Shown one piece after another: positions 17,194 through 29,335 of a stretch of 64,000 nt of DNA (position 1 is the stretch's first letter; each line of letters begins with the position of its first letter). The notes beneath the pieces are model-generated. The model was not told the DNA's origin and did no database searches. It saw only the letters and a program-made list of their open reading frames with translations. The stretch covers positions 74,527 to 138,526 of the forward strand of contig JBIIRM010000001.1 in NCBI GenBank assembly GCA_044341565.1, written 5' to 3'. The position numbers were made by a program, and so were the translations under genes. This stretch comes from Minisyncoccia bacterium. Lineage in GTDB: Bacteria; Patescibacteriota; Minisyncoccia; SW-4-49-11.

Positions 17194-19434
17194 ATGGGTA
17201 AAAAATCCTCATCGATTATCGATTTGAGACATCCTCAAACGAAATCGATAGGCGAGAATATAATACAATATACAGAAACAAATACACATGTAGAATTCAG
17301 CCCTCTGGATAACTTTGAATTACCTCTAGAAGGAGAGGAAATCATCATACAAGAACAGATACTCTATACTATTCCCGATGAATCAGAGCTTCATATTACT
17401 TTTATTCCTCAATCTGCCAAACAATATACAGGTAAGAAAAAAATATCAAAATCAAAACCTATATTACAATATAGAATAAGTAATAAAACAATATATGCAT
17501 CTCGCGCCTCACTTGGTGTATTTTTATCCTTATGTTTAATTATGGTAACAAGTATACCATCTCTCCGAATGATAAATAATGGTATACGAGTAAAAGATAA
17601 TCTTACTTTACAAGCAGCTGCAAGTGAGAAATTATTAGCAAAAACAGATACTAATAGTATTCAGGGGCTTGCTAATTCATTGACAGAAATTTCAAATGGG
17701 CTGAATAAAAGTGCTGAAGATATATCAGCAATACAAGGGAATCTATCAGGACTATTATCTATATTACCAGGATTATCAGTTATTCAAAATAGTAGTGAAT
17801 TAACTGAAAGTACATCCGAGGCTATTGCCCTTTCTGGAGAATTATCTGAGGCTATACAGCCATTTATTAATCAAGATATTAATCCATTTGATACGAGTAA
17901 ATCAGTGACATTAGTCGATGGGGTACAGAATATACAAGAAATTAATAAAAAACTTGTACCGGCTCTTGATAAATTAGATACAAATTTGAATAATCTGCCT
18001 CTTAATCTCATACCTGGTCATAGAGGAGATATGTTACGCCAATTACATACAGATATTCCCAAATTAAAGCAGGTATTACAAGATTCAGATCAATATGTAA
18101 ATATATTTTTAAACTTTGTGGGTAGTGATAGATTAAAGCGCTATGTATTTATTTTTCAAAATAATCAGGAGCTTCGAGCTACCGGAGGATTTATTGGAAG
18201 TTTTGGCCTAATGAATTTAGATAGAGGGGTAGTAAAAAGTCTTGATATTCAAGAAATATATAATCCAGACGGTCAATTATTAAAGCAAATTTTAGCCCCA
18301 GGGCCATTACAAGAGCTTACTCCTCGCTGGTATCTAAGAGACTCAAATTGGTTTGCTGATTTTCCAACTAGTACTCAGAAAATCATTTCTTTTTATGAAA
18401 AAACAGGTGGTATAACTCCTGATGGGGTGATATCTCTTACTCCAACCGTAATAGAGAGATTATTAACTATTACAGGACCCATTAAACTCGATAATTATGG
18501 CGTCACAGTATCCGCTGATAATTTTGTTAAAATCACCCAATATCAAACGGGAGTAGTCTATGATAAGGAAATCAATAAACCAAAGCAATTTATCGCAGAT
18601 TTAGCACCAATGCTTATTAATAAATTATTATCAGCTGATAGTAAGCAATATCAAAAAATTATAGAAGCTTTAAATAATTCTTTTCAAGAAAAACATATCT
18701 TATTATATTTTCTGGATCCTGAATTACAGAATATTGTAATAGATAATAATTTGGGGGGTAAATTATATGAAACCAATAAAGATTATTTATCAGTAGTGCA
18801 TACCAATATTGGGGGATATAAGACAGATGGGGTGATAGAAGACTCTATGGAAATTAATACAAAAATACAAGATAATGGGGCTATTATTAATACAGTAACG
18901 GTAAATCGTAATCATAAGGGGGGAGACAGTGAATATGAATGGTGGAATAAAGATAATATTGATTATATGCGTATATATATCCCAAAAGGAGCTCGTATAC
19001 TTCAAAGTAAAGGATTTACTGATAGAGGAGAAAAAAAATCACCAGATGGTATCGCCTCTTTTGATCAAGATGCTGATTTGGTAGCTGTGAATAGTACTTT
19101 AATACATAATAAAGATTGGCGTATTGATACATTTGAAGAAAGTGGTAAATCCGTTATTGGGGGTTGGCTTGTCACTAAACCAAAAGAAATAAGTCAAATT
19201 ACGGTTGAATATGAATTACCATTTAAAGTTCAAAAGGGGGATATATATTCTCTTATATTACAAAAACAGTCAGGAAGTATCGGGGTAAGATATCAATATA
19301 ATTTGGAATTACCCTCTAAATGGAAATCTGATTGGAATAATTCTTCTTTTGATTTACAAAAAACAGATAGCGGATATAGTGTCACAAATGGTATACTAAG
19401 AACAGATGAATTTATTGGACTTCAGACAAAATAA
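17194..19434 (+). CDS. DUF4012-domain membrane-anchored protein
   Basis: Single TM and helical stalk, then QNNQELRATGGFIGS, LRDSNWFADFP, GGYKTD, YMRIYIP and QKQSG. Confidence 0.85.
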   Translation: MGKKSSSIIDLRHPQTKSIGENIIQYTETNTHVEFSPLDNFELPLEGEEIIIQEQILYTIPDESELHITFIPQSAKQYTGKKKISKSKPILQYRISNKTIYASRASLGVFLSLCLIMVTSIPSLRMINNGIRVKDNLTLQAAASEKLLAKTDTNSIQGLANSLTEISNGLNKSAEDISAIQGNLSGLLSILPGLSVIQNSSELTESTSEAIALSGELSEAIQPFINQDINPFDTSKSVTLVDGVQNIQEINKKLVPALDKLDTNLNNLPLNLIPGHRGDMLRQLHTDIPKLKQVLQDSDQYVNIFLNFVGSDRLKRYVFIFQNNQELRATGGFIGSFGLMNLDRGVVKSLDIQEIYNPDGQLLKQILAPGPLQELTPRWYLRDSNWFADFPTSTQKIISFYEKTGGITPDGVISLTPTVIERLLTITGPIKLDNYGVTVSADNFVKITQYQTGVVYDKEINKPKQFIADLAPMLINKLLSADSKQYQKIIEALNNSFQEKHILLYFLDPELQNIVIDNNLGGKLYETNKDYLSVVHTNIGGYKTDGVIEDSMEINTKIQDNGAIINTVTVNRNHKGGDSEYEWWNKDNIDYMRIYIPKGARILQSKGFTDRGEKKSPDGIASFDQDADLVAVNSTLIHNKDWRIDTFEESGKSVIGGWLVTKPKEISQITVEYELPFKVQKGDIYSLILQKQSGSIGVRYQYNLELPSKWKSDWNNSSFDLQKTDSGYSVTNGILRTDEFIGLQTK

Positions 19435-19435
19435 T

Positions 19436-20374
19436 ATGAATATACAAGAAAATATTGCATTAAAGGATATATCTACCTTCAAAATTGGGGGCAAAGCTCA
19501 ATATCTTGTATATGCTGAGAATCAACAAGATATTATAGACTCTTTGCGATTTGCTCAGGAAAAAGACTTACCCATTGGATTAATTGGAAGTGGCTGTAAT
19601 TTATTAATCCAAGATGATGATATAGAGGGGTTGATTCTTAAAATGAATACAAAATCAATAGAAATTAAGGATAATCAATTATTTGCTGAAGCAGGAGTCA
19701 GCTTAGCTATGCTAGCAAATTTCGGACATAAAGCTAATTTGGTGGGATTAGAATGGGCCCCATCTGTCCCATCCAGTGTAGGAGGGGCTATTAGAGGGAA
19801 TGCAGGAGCCTTTGGTGGGGAAACTAAGGATAAATTAAAACAAATTCGAGTATATAGGGATGGGGCTATTGAAGATATTGATAGTAGTGGCTTAGATTTT
19901 CATTATCGCTATAGTAGCTTTAAGGAGGAGGATAATACGGATATTATTTTAGGAGGATTATTTGAATTGGAAAAAGGTGATATAGAGGCAAGTAGAATGC
20001 AAATTAGAGATAATATTATTAAAAAAAGCCAAAATCAACCCGTTGGTGTTGCCTGTTCAGGATGCATATTCAAAAATTATGAGGGGTTTATTAATGAGAA
20101 TCTTTATAGTCAATATCCGGATTTAAAGGTATTTGTGGCGAAAGGTATTATACCGAGTGGATATTTAATTCAAGAAGCTGGTCTCAAAGGATTTACTAAA
20201 GGGGGAATTCAAATTAGTGAGAAACATGGGAATTATATGATTAATACGGGAACAGGTACATATGAAGATGTTATTAAACTTATTGATATTGTAAAAAAAC
20301 GAATATTTGAGTTATTCAGCGTGCATATTGAGGAAGAGGTGGTATATTTACATAAACAAATGAAAAAAAGATAA
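19436..20374 (+). CDS. murB: UDP-N-acetylenolpyruvoylglucosamine reductase
   Basis: TFKIGG, GSGCNLL, GGAIRGNAGAFG, SGCIFKN, SEKHGN, EEEV. Start moved to ATG 19436. Confidence 0.95.
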   Translation: MNIQENIALKDISTFKIGGKAQYLVYAENQQDIIDSLRFAQEKDLPIGLIGSGCNLLIQDDDIEGLILKMNTKSIEIKDNQLFAEAGVSLAMLANFGHKANLVGLEWAPSVPSSVGGAIRGNAGAFGGETKDKLKQIRVYRDGAIEDIDSSGLDFHYRYSSFKEEDNTDIILGGLFELEKGDIEASRMQIRDNIIKKSQNQPVGVACSGCIFKNYEGFINENLYSQYPDLKVFVAKGIIPSGYLIQEAGLKGFTKGGIQISEKHGNYMINTGTGTYEDVIKLIDIVKKRIFELFSVHIEEEVVYLHKQMKKR

Positions 20375-20375
20375 T

Positions 20376-21071
20376 ATGTCTAATATACCCATTATCATAA
20401 TCATCATTGCCTCTTATATACCGAGTTTTGCATGGCTTTATTTTGTTTTATCACAAGATATACATCCAGAAAAAGAAATTGATATTGCCAAGGCTTTTAT
20501 ATTAGGTAGCGCAGTAGCGATACCCGTAATATTATTTGGTATTTGGGGTAGAGAAGTATTGAATATAGCATCTATTTCATTGTCTCCCACCATCAATAGT
20601 TTTGTATTTGGAGCTTTGATAGAAGAGATTATGAAGGGATTATTTATTTACTGGTTTGCAATCAGTACTAGTCGCTTGAATGAGCCTATTGATACCTTTA
20701 TTTATGCTGCAACATTGGCTCTTGGTTTTGCTGGTATTGAGAATTTAGCCTTTGTATGGAGTTATGCAACGAATATAGATGAAATGCAGAATTTACTGGT
20801 ATTACGTACCTTTACAGCGGTATTGGTGCATATTATATCGAGCTTTCTTGTAACCTATGGAATAGTATTCTTGGTAAAAAAGAACAATATCATAAAAGGA
20901 TTATCTCTTATTGGTTCGGGAATTATGTTTCATGGATTATGGAATTTGGCTATAGAGATGTCACGCATATCGGGAAATGGAATTATAGCAGCTATATACT
21001 TTCTTATTTGTTTACCAGTCTTTTTTGGTATGATTTTGACGATAAAACATCTAAAAATTATATCAAAATGA
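20376..21071 (+). CDS. PrsW-family intramembrane glutamic protease
   Basis: EE..K, LGFAGIEN, H and HGLWN motifs; multi-TM. Confidence 0.88.
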   Translation: MSNIPIIIIIIASYIPSFAWLYFVLSQDIHPEKEIDIAKAFILGSAVAIPVILFGIWGREVLNIASISLSPTINSFVFGALIEEIMKGLFIYWFAISTSRLNEPIDTFIYAATLALGFAGIENLAFVWSYATNIDEMQNLLVLRTFTAVLVHIISSFLVTYGIVFLVKKNNIIKGLSLIGSGIMFHGLWNLAIEMSRISGNGIIAAIYFLICLPVFFGMILTIKHLKIISK

Positions 21072-21162
21072 AATTATTTGGGGATAACACTTGCTTTTTT
21101 TAAAAATATTTGATAGTATAATAATAATGCAATACATCTAGTAGTAATTCATTTAAAAAAGT

Positions 21163-21681
21163 ATGTCTAGCATTTTACGGAAATTAACAGGAGCAGTAGA
21201 TTTTGAAGAGTCAGATCCAGCGATTGAAGATGATATCCAAGAAGATTTAAGAAGTAGATTTGTTGGCGTAGCAGATTCACCTGAATCTTTGTATACAGAT
21301 AGTTCAGAGACAACTATTGTAAGTCAAACTAGTTTTCAAACAGATGACGAATTAGTAGAGGGAGCTCTTACTATTGATGTGTATCAAACAGATAATGATA
21401 TTGTAATTGTATCTACCATTGCTGGGGTTACAGCAAAAGATTTAGATGTATCTATTACCAATGATATGGTAACAGTTTCAGGAGAAAGAAAAAATCCAGT
21501 AAAAGTTCGACAAGAGAATTATTTTTATCAAGAATGTTATTGGGGACCATTTTCTCGTTCAGTAATACTTCCTATTGACGTAGATGCTGAGAAATCATTA
21601 GCTGAGCTTAAAGATGGAGTTTTGACCGTAACTCTTCCAAAATCTGAAAAGGTTAAGATTAAGAAAATTCCTGTAAAGTAA
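21163..21681 (+). CDS. Small heat-shock protein (Hsp20/alpha-crystallin)
   Basis: IDVYQT, ECYWGPFSRSVILP, LKDGVLTVTLPK; acidic N-terminus. Confidence 0.93.
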   Translation: MSSILRKLTGAVDFEESDPAIEDDIQEDLRSRFVGVADSPESLYTDSSETTIVSQTSFQTDDELVEGALTIDVYQTDNDIVIVSTIAGVTAKDLDVSITNDMVTVSGERKNPVKVRQENYFYQECYWGPFSRSVILPIDVDAEKSLAELKDGVLTVTLPKSEKVKIKKIPVK

Positions 21682-21698
21682 ATTGTAATAATGTGAGT

Positions 21699-21732
21699 GT
21701 ATAAAAATTTCCTTTTGGGGAATTTTTTATAC
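21699..21732 (+). terminator. Terminator after hsp20
   Basis: GTATAAAAATTTCC...GGAATTTTTTATAC inverted repeat. Confidence 0.65.
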
Positions 21733-21761
21733 TTGACGATTCATCTATTTAGGTGTATACT
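21733..21761 (+). promoter_or_regulatory. Promoter of rplJ-rplL
   Basis: TTGACG-17-TATACT. Confidence 0.75.
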
Positions 21762-21779
21762 ATCAGACAAAGCTATAAA

Positions 21780-21858
21780 GCCAGAGACCATAAGCAGTGT
21801 TTACACAGAAGACTTATGTAGGTAAAGCAGTATATCACTGTATTTATCTTGTCTCGGC
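21780..21858 (+). promoter_or_regulatory. Structured rplJ leader (L10 leader-like)
   Basis: GCCAGAGAC/GTCTCGGC closing stem with internal CATAAG/CTTATG and GCAGT/ACTGT hairpins; GAAGAC..GTAGG resembles L10 leaders. Confidence 0.55.
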
Positions 21859-21903
21859 GGAAAGGTCGAGCTTTTTTGTTAGATTAATAGAGAAAATACC
21901 GTT

Positions 21904-22428
21904 ATGGCATTAACCAAGTCACGCAAAAAAGAAATGTTGCAAGAATTGCAATCTACAATTTCTGACTCACAGGGAATGGTATTTACTGATTTTCAAGGTT
22001 CAGGGGTATCTGCTTTACAGACACTTCGAACTCAATTGAGAGTAGAAAATGCTCGATATAAAGTTGTAAAGAAAACCTTATTCAATAAGGCTTTACAGAA
22101 TCTTGGATTCGAAGTTTCATTAGCTGAACAACTTCCAGGAAATCTAGGAGTTGTATTCGCTGAGGATCCAGTATTTGGAGCAAAAGTAGTAAATGATTTT
22201 GCGAAATTAGCTCCCAAAGATACCTTTACCCTTTTAGGAGGATTATTAGATGGTCAATATCTTGTAGCTGAACAAGTTACTACTCTTGCCAAACTTCCTA
22301 CCAAGGAGGTCTTGCAAGCTCAAGTTGTTGGAACTCTTGCAGCTCCAATGACTCAATTCTTGCAAGTAACATCAGGAGTAGCAAGAGGTCTCGTTACCGT
22401 AATTTCGGCTTATCGAGATACGAAATAA
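21904..22428 (+). CDS. rplJ: 50S ribosomal protein L10
   Basis: LR..LR....YKVVKKTL and LAKLPTKE. Confidence 0.96.
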   Translation: MALTKSRKKEMLQELQSTISDSQGMVFTDFQGSGVSALQTLRTQLRVENARYKVVKKTLFNKALQNLGFEVSLAEQLPGNLGVVFAEDPVFGAKVVNDFAKLAPKDTFTLLGGLLDGQYLVAEQVTTLAKLPTKEVLQAQVVGTLAAPMTQFLQVTSGVARGLVTVISAYRDTK

Positions 22429-22447
22429 TTAAGTTAAGAATAACTAT

Positions 22448-22846
22448 ATGTCAGAAGAATTCACAGTACCCGCAAAATTTGAAAAGATTGTTGATGAGAT
22501 CAAGAATCTTAGTGTTATTGAATTATCAGAACTTGTAAAAGTTCTTGAAGAAGTTCTTGGTGTATCAGCTGCAGCTCCAGTTGCAGTAGGTATTGCCGCT
22601 CCAGCCGCAGGAGATGCTCCAGTAGCTGAAGAAAAGTCAGCTTTTGATGTTATCATTGAAGATGCTGGAAGCTCAAAAATTCAAGTAATCAAAGTAGTAA
22701 AAGAAGCTACTGGACTTGGACTTAAAGAAGCTAAAGATATCGTAGACGCAGCTCCTAAAGCTGTAAAAGAAGGAGTTTCAAAGGCAGATGCTGATGAACT
22801 TAAAGCTAAATTACAAGAAGCTGGAGCAACTGTTGTTGTTAAATAA
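22448..22846 (+). CDS. rplL: 50S ribosomal protein L7/L12
   Basis: Ala-rich hinge, [21 protein letters not shown]. Confidence 0.98.
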   Translation: MSEEFTVPAKFEKIVDEIKNLSVIELSELVKVLEEVLGVSAAAPVAVGIAAPAAGDAPVAEEKSAFDVIIEDAGSSKIQVIKVVKEATGLGLKEAKDIVDAAPKAVKEGVSKADADELKAKLQEAGATVVVK

Positions 22847-22861
22847 CAATTCCTTTCTGTA

Positions 22862-22899
22862 ATAAACAAAAATCCCCCCAAAAGGGGATTTTTGTTTAT
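22862..22899 (+). terminator. Intrinsic terminator after rplL
   Basis: ATAAACAAAAATCCCC / GGGGATTTTTGTTTAT perfect inverted repeat. Confidence 0.85.
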
Positions 22900-22944
22900 G
22901 GGAGAATAATGATATACTAAGTATAATTAAGTGATGATAGTTTA

Positions 22945-23655
22945 ATGATTTTAGTATTGCAATTCAGAACCGATCAATCTGGTTGGCATGAAGTAAAATG
23001 TATCTATGATAGTGTAGAAAAAGGATATAATGATTTTCTTTTTATGAATATTATGTCACCTTTTGTAACTACAGAGATGATATTAGATAAATTATCTCAA
23101 GCTAAAGCTGTCATTTTAGGTGGTTTGGGTGAAGGTGGTTATGAAGATGAAGAGCCTCATAAAGTTGAGGCAAGACAAACCATGTTGCAAAAGATAACTC
23201 CTATTATTGAGACAATTAGAGATAGGAATATACCAACTCTTGGTATGTGTTTTGGACATCAAGTTATTGCGGATATATTGGGGGGTGAAGTTGTATCAGA
23301 ACCAAGCATGGCAGAATCAGGTATTGCAGAAATTATATTGACTGAAGAAGGGAAAAACGATCCTCTGTTGGCTTCAATGCCTGAAATATTTCATGGTATT
23401 GTGAGTCATAAATCATCAGTAGTTGAGCTCCCAAAGGGAGCCGTATTATTGGCATATTCTAAAAAATGTCCAATACAAGGATTTCGTTATCAATCACATA
23501 TATATGGATTACAATTACATCCAGAATTGGATTTAAATGATTATCATTTTCGTATGCAATTATATCCAGAATATACAAAACATAAAGTGAACTATGATGA
23601 GAATCAAGAAATTATTGCTAAGCAAATTCTTACTAATTTTTTAAATCAAATATGA
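22945..23655 (+). CDS. Class I glutamine amidotransferase-like protein
   Basis: LGMCFGHQ and QLHPE catalytic triad. Confidence 0.88.
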   Translation: MILVLQFRTDQSGWHEVKCIYDSVEKGYNDFLFMNIMSPFVTTEMILDKLSQAKAVILGGLGEGGYEDEEPHKVEARQTMLQKITPIIETIRDRNIPTLGMCFGHQVIADILGGEVVSEPSMAESGIAEIILTEEGKNDPLLASMPEIFHGIVSHKSSVVELPKGAVLLAYSKKCPIQGFRYQSHIYGLQLHPELDLNDYHFRMQLYPEYTKHKVNYDENQEIIAKQILTNFLNQI

Positions 23656-24251
23656 AAGCAGGAATATATTTAGGTATTGATACAGAGTTTACAGGACAAC
23701 ATCCTCATAAACATGGGCTTATAGAAATAGCTTTATTAGTATTAGATAAAAACTTACAAGAAATCGCTCATTTTGAAACCCTTGTTATACCCCCTGAAGG
23801 CTTTGAAATTACTAAAGAAGCAATGAATATTAATCATATTGATTTAGATAAGGTAGATGCAGATGGTATTGATTATCAGGAGTTAGTCAAGAAAATGACT
23901 CGATTTGTACGCAAGTATTTTGAAAATAAGCCGATATTATTTGCTCATTTTATTCCCATGGATTTTGCGTATCTTAATTATATTTTTGATAGTGTTGGTA
24001 AAAATAATCTTTTTTGGAGAGAATTAATAGGTCATAGTATTATTGATACTAAGGCTTTAGCCAATACCATTAATCTATTGCATATACGAAAAGGTAAGGA
24101 TATTATGTTTAAATCCACCTCTCTATCCAGTCCAGGAGGTCTTACGGATATTTTGGGTATTACTGATTATGAAGCTCATACCGCTCTTGGGGATGCTCGG
24201 GCTACAAGACAAGTACTGATTAAATTATTAGATATTTTAGATACAGTATAG
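23652..24251 (+). CDS. DEDDh 3'-5' exonuclease
   Basis: IDTEFTG, H...D, IDT, HTALGDA. Confidence 0.88.
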   Translation: MKAGIYLGIDTEFTGQHPHKHGLIEIALLVLDKNLQEIAHFETLVIPPEGFEITKEAMNINHIDLDKVDADGIDYQELVKKMTRFVRKYFENKPILFAHFIPMDFAYLNYIFDSVGKNNLFWRELIGHSIIDTKALANTINLLHIRKGKDIMFKSTSLSSPGGLTDILGITDYEAHTALGDARATRQVLIKLLDILDTV

Positions 24252-24289
24252 TATACTAAAAGAATAAAATTATACTTAATTATACATAT

Positions 24290-24859
24290 ATGGCATATAT
24301 AGAAAAATCATTTAATATTCCTAATAATACAGGATTATCTAAAGAGCAAATTTCAGTACATCTTGGGCTTTATGCAGGATATGTAAAGAATACCAATGCA
24401 TTATTAGAAAAAATTCAAACTTGGCCGGCTGAAGGAGATATGATTGCATTATCAGAATTACAGAGACGCTTAGGATTTGAGTTTGATGGAATGCGTCTAC
24501 ATGAATATTATTTTGGTCAACTTGAAGATGGGGCTCAATCTATGAAGGACTCTAAACTACTTGATATTATCGTTAAACAGTACGGTTCATTTGAATCATA
24601 TTGTGCTGATATCAAGCGATTAGCTTCAATGCGAGGAATTGGGTGGGTTATAACATATTATGATGCGGTGAGTGATATGTTGATCAATTCATGGGTATCT
24701 GATCATGAGCTGGGTCATTTAGCTGCATTACCTATTGTCTTTACCTTAGATATGTGGGAGCATGCTTTTATGGTAGATTATCGACCTGCTACAAAACTTG
24801 AATATGTTGATCAGTATGTATCTTTAGTAAATTGGGACATTGTAGCAAATAGATTATAG
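24290..24859 (+). CDS. Fe/Mn superoxide dismutase family protein
   Basis: Ligands in VHLGLY, LHEYYF and DMWEHA, plus GIGW. Confidence 0.85.
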   Translation: MAYIEKSFNIPNNTGLSKEQISVHLGLYAGYVKNTNALLEKIQTWPAEGDMIALSELQRRLGFEFDGMRLHEYYFGQLEDGAQSMKDSKLLDIIVKQYGSFESYCADIKRLASMRGIGWVITYYDAVSDMLINSWVSDHELGHLAALPIVFTLDMWEHAFMVDYRPATKLEYVDQYVSLVNWDIVANRL

Positions 24860-24863
24860 GAAA

Positions 24864-26894
24864 ATGGCTGAGAATTTACTATTAAAACTTGAATTTAATA
24901 CTCCAAATGGCTATATTCCTTTTCCAGATATACAGCCGCAACATTATATAGAGGCTATACAATATCATATTGATATTGCTCATGAGAGAATTAAAGCTAT
25001 TGAAGAAATATCTGAGTCAAACTTTGAGAATATAATTGAGGATTTAGAATTTGCTGTATATGAAGTATACTATATCTATGGTATTGCTGATAATCTTAAT
25101 TATGCTGAAACAAATCCTGGATTACAAGAACTATTTGCAGAGTTAAGTGAGATAATTACTCATTTTGGGAATGATATTTCTCTCAATGAAAAGCTTTTTC
25201 TTCAGGTAAAAAAAATATATAATGATAAAGAACATATTGATTTAACAACGGAGCAAAAGACTTTACTAGAAGAGACATATTCTTCTTTTGTACGCAATGG
25301 AGCTTTATTACATAAAGAGGAAAAGGAAAAATTACGGGAAATTGAAGTAGAGTTATCCAAAATTACTTTACAATTCCAGCAAAATGTTTTAGCTGAGAAT
25401 AATGATTATAAACTTATTATTACGGATAAAGCTGATTTAGCAGGACTTCCAGAATCTATTATTGCAAGTGCCCAGAGCAAAGATAATCCTAATGAATGGA
25501 TATTTGATTTGTCTTATCCTTCCTATATTCCTTTTATGCAATATGCAGATAATAGGGAATTGAGAAAAGAATTATTCTATGCGTATAATACAAGAGGGGC
25601 TAAGGATAATCAATGGGATAATAGAGAGGTATTAAAGCGTATTGGATTATTAAGACAACAAAGAGCGAAATTACTTGGATTTGAAACTCATGGAGATTAT
25701 GTATTAGAAAAACGTGTATTACAAAAGCCAGATGAAGTAAAGGAATTATTAGATGCCCTGCTCACAAAAGCTATTGATATGGCTCGAGATGAAATTGCAG
25801 ATATCAGTGAATTTGCAAAATCCGATATTGATGAGCTTCGAGCCTATGATTATGGTTATTATTCAGAAAAAATAAAACAAGCTCGTTATCAATTTGACGA
25901 GAATAGTATTCGGGAATATTTCCCTTTACATCAAGTATTACAGGGAGTATTTGATATAGCCAACAGCTTATATGGAATAGTCTTTATTAAAAGAGAGGAT
26001 ATACCAGTATATCACTCCGAAGTAGAAGTATATGAGGTGCAAGAAGCTGATGGATCTCATATTGGTATTCTGTATCTTGATTTTTATCCTCGCCCAGGTA
26101 AACAATCAGGAGCTTGGATGACTGAATTTAGAGCTGCATCATATCAGGAGGAAGAAGTCTATACTCCTCATATATCTCTTGTTCTTAACTTTTCTCGACC
26201 TCAAGGAAATACTCCATCCCTACTCACCTTACAAGAGGTCTTAACGTTATTTCATGAATTTGGCCATGGCCTGCATGGATTATTTGGAAAGGGATTATAT
26301 CCTTCTCTTACTGGAACTCGTGTCTATAGAGATTTTGTAGAATTACCATCACAATTGATGGAGAATTGGGTATATGAACCCACAATTTTAGCAAAAATTG
26401 GTAGGCATTGGAAAACAGGAGAGTCAATTTCAGAATCTGATATTAAAAAAATTCAAGATATTGCCTCATTTCATGAAGCAGCAGCTACAATACGACAAAT
26501 ACGATTTGCTAAATTAGATTTAGCTTGGCATTATGATATACAGGATTTGGAGAATACTGATATTACAAGTCTCGAAAATCAAATTAATCAAGAAACAAAA
26601 TTATTCCCAGAGGAGATAGGCGTTCTTATTAGCCCAGCCTTTAGTCATATTTTTTCAGGAGGATATTCAGCAGGATATTATAGCTATAAATACTCAGAAT
26701 TATTAGATGCTGATGCTTTTGAATATTTCTTATCGCAAGGAAATACTCTTGATGCTGAAATTGGAGCTAAATTCCGAGAGCATATATTATCTCGCGGAGG
26801 ATCAGAACATCCATTAATACTGTATAAACAATTTAGAGGACAAGAACCAAGTATAGATGCTCTATTAAGGAGACTCGCTAAATCAACAAAATAA
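24864..26894 (+). CDS. M3A metallopeptidase (Dcp/oligopeptidase A-like)
   Basis: HEFGH, DFVELPSQ, FSHIFSGGYSAGYYSY, FRGQEP. Confidence 0.93.
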   Translation: MAENLLLKLEFNTPNGYIPFPDIQPQHYIEAIQYHIDIAHERIKAIEEISESNFENIIEDLEFAVYEVYYIYGIADNLNYAETNPGLQELFAELSEIITHFGNDISLNEKLFLQVKKIYNDKEHIDLTTEQKTLLEETYSSFVRNGALLHKEEKEKLREIEVELSKITLQFQQNVLAENNDYKLIITDKADLAGLPESIIASAQSKDNPNEWIFDLSYPSYIPFMQYADNRELRKELFYAYNTRGAKDNQWDNREVLKRIGLLRQQRAKLLGFETHGDYVLEKRVLQKPDEVKELLDALLTKAIDMARDEIADISEFAKSDIDELRAYDYGYYSEKIKQARYQFDENSIREYFPLHQVLQGVFDIANSLYGIVFIKREDIPVYHSEVEVYEVQEADGSHIGILYLDFYPRPGKQSGAWMTEFRAASYQEEEVYTPHISLVLNFSRPQGNTPSLLTLQEVLTLFHEFGHGLHGLFGKGLYPSLTGTRVYRDFVELPSQLMENWVYEPTILAKIGRHWKTGESISESDIKKIQDIASFHEAAATIRQIRFAKLDLAWHYDIQDLENTDITSLENQINQETKLFPEEIGVLISPAFSHIFSGGYSAGYYSYKYSELLDADAFEYFLSQGNTLDAEIGAKFREHILSRGGSEHPLILYKQFRGQEPSIDALLRRLAKSTK

Positions 26895-27449
26895 TTATTT
26901 TACTGCAATATATAAAAGTATTGCCCATAATCCAAACCAAGATACTAAGGTAATTGTCCAGGCATTAAATGATTTGATAGGAAATTTAATAAATCCTTGC
27001 CTTCGATTGAGATCAACTAATGTAAGAGAGGCTAGTGTTGCAGAAATACAAGATAATATACACCATGGACAAATAGCTCCAATTTGGAAAAAGGCAAGAT
27101 AAGTCCAAATATAGGATATAATGACAGCAGGGAATGTTATTGACATTGCAATAAGCATAAAAGGCTTAGATAATTGTTTATGAGTCAAGAGATATAATAC
27201 GGTAAGCCAAGCCATTGGCCAACCAATCATACCAAGCCAGGAATTAGGAAATCCAAACATAGTAGCATAAGTGCTATCCATAACTTTGCCACAATCAATC
27301 CAAGCATTAATACTACATCCTGGTATATAAAGTGGGTTTTTTAAAATTAAATATTTCTCAAAACTAATAATAAAGGCAGCTGAAAATCCTGTGATAGAGA
27401 AGAACAATAATAAAAGACTATGAGGGAAATATAAGATTTTTTTAAACAT
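26895..27449 (-). CDS. Vitamin K epoxide reductase (VKOR) family disulfide-formation protein
   Basis: C-x7-C loop, FGFPNS, CPWC, several TM helices. Confidence 0.9.
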   Translation of the reverse strand: MFKKILYFPHSLLLLFFSITGFSAAFIISFEKYLILKNPLYIPGCSINAWIDCGKVMDSTYATMFGFPNSWLGMIGWPMAWLTVLYLLTHKQLSKPFMLIAMSITFPAVIISYIWTYLAFFQIGAICPWCILSCISATLASLTLVDLNRRQGFIKFPIKSFNAWTITLVSWFGLWAILLYIAVK

Positions 27450-27570
27450 AATAATAGTATGTATATAATCAAATATAGTATATCATATCGTATATTAGGT
27501 TACAAAAGAGAATAAATAAACTCTAAATCGAAGGGGTTTTTATTAAATACATTTTTAACGCACTAATATC

Positions 27571-27599
27571 TTGACAAGAGTCTTGAAATCTAGTATTAT
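27571..27599 (+). promoter_or_regulatory. rRNA promoter
   Basis: TTGACA-17-TATTAT about 130 nt upstream of the 16S. Confidence 0.75.
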
Positions 27600-27699
27600 A
27601 GACATACGTCTGATTAAAAAGACAGAACATTCACAATTCAATCAACTTACAACCAAAATTGTAAGGTTCAATAACTATTCCTTTATAGTAAACAAGAAA

Positions 27700-27729
27700 A
27701 AGTAGATGTTTTTTAGGAACAATCTGACG
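27700..27729 (+). repeat. 5' arm of the 16S processing stem (pairs with 29336-29365)
   Basis: 30-nt inverted repeat with 2 mismatches and one G-U pair. Confidence 0.85.
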
Positions 27730-27731
27730 TT

Positions 27732-29234
<1,503 letters not shown>

Positions 29235-29335
29235 TAAGGATATGCCTGTTGAAGTAATTCAACAAGGAATGGTCGGTCAAGATGTAAATCTTGATACTTT
29301 TACACCAACAAATCCTTATCTTTTGAGATAAGGTG

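Noticed and set aside
21072-21162. CIRCE or NrdR operator upstream of hsp20
   Set aside because: No TTAGCACTC-N9-GAGTGCTAA; the NrdR-like match has about 4 mismatches. Only a 1-mismatch DnaA-like box is present.
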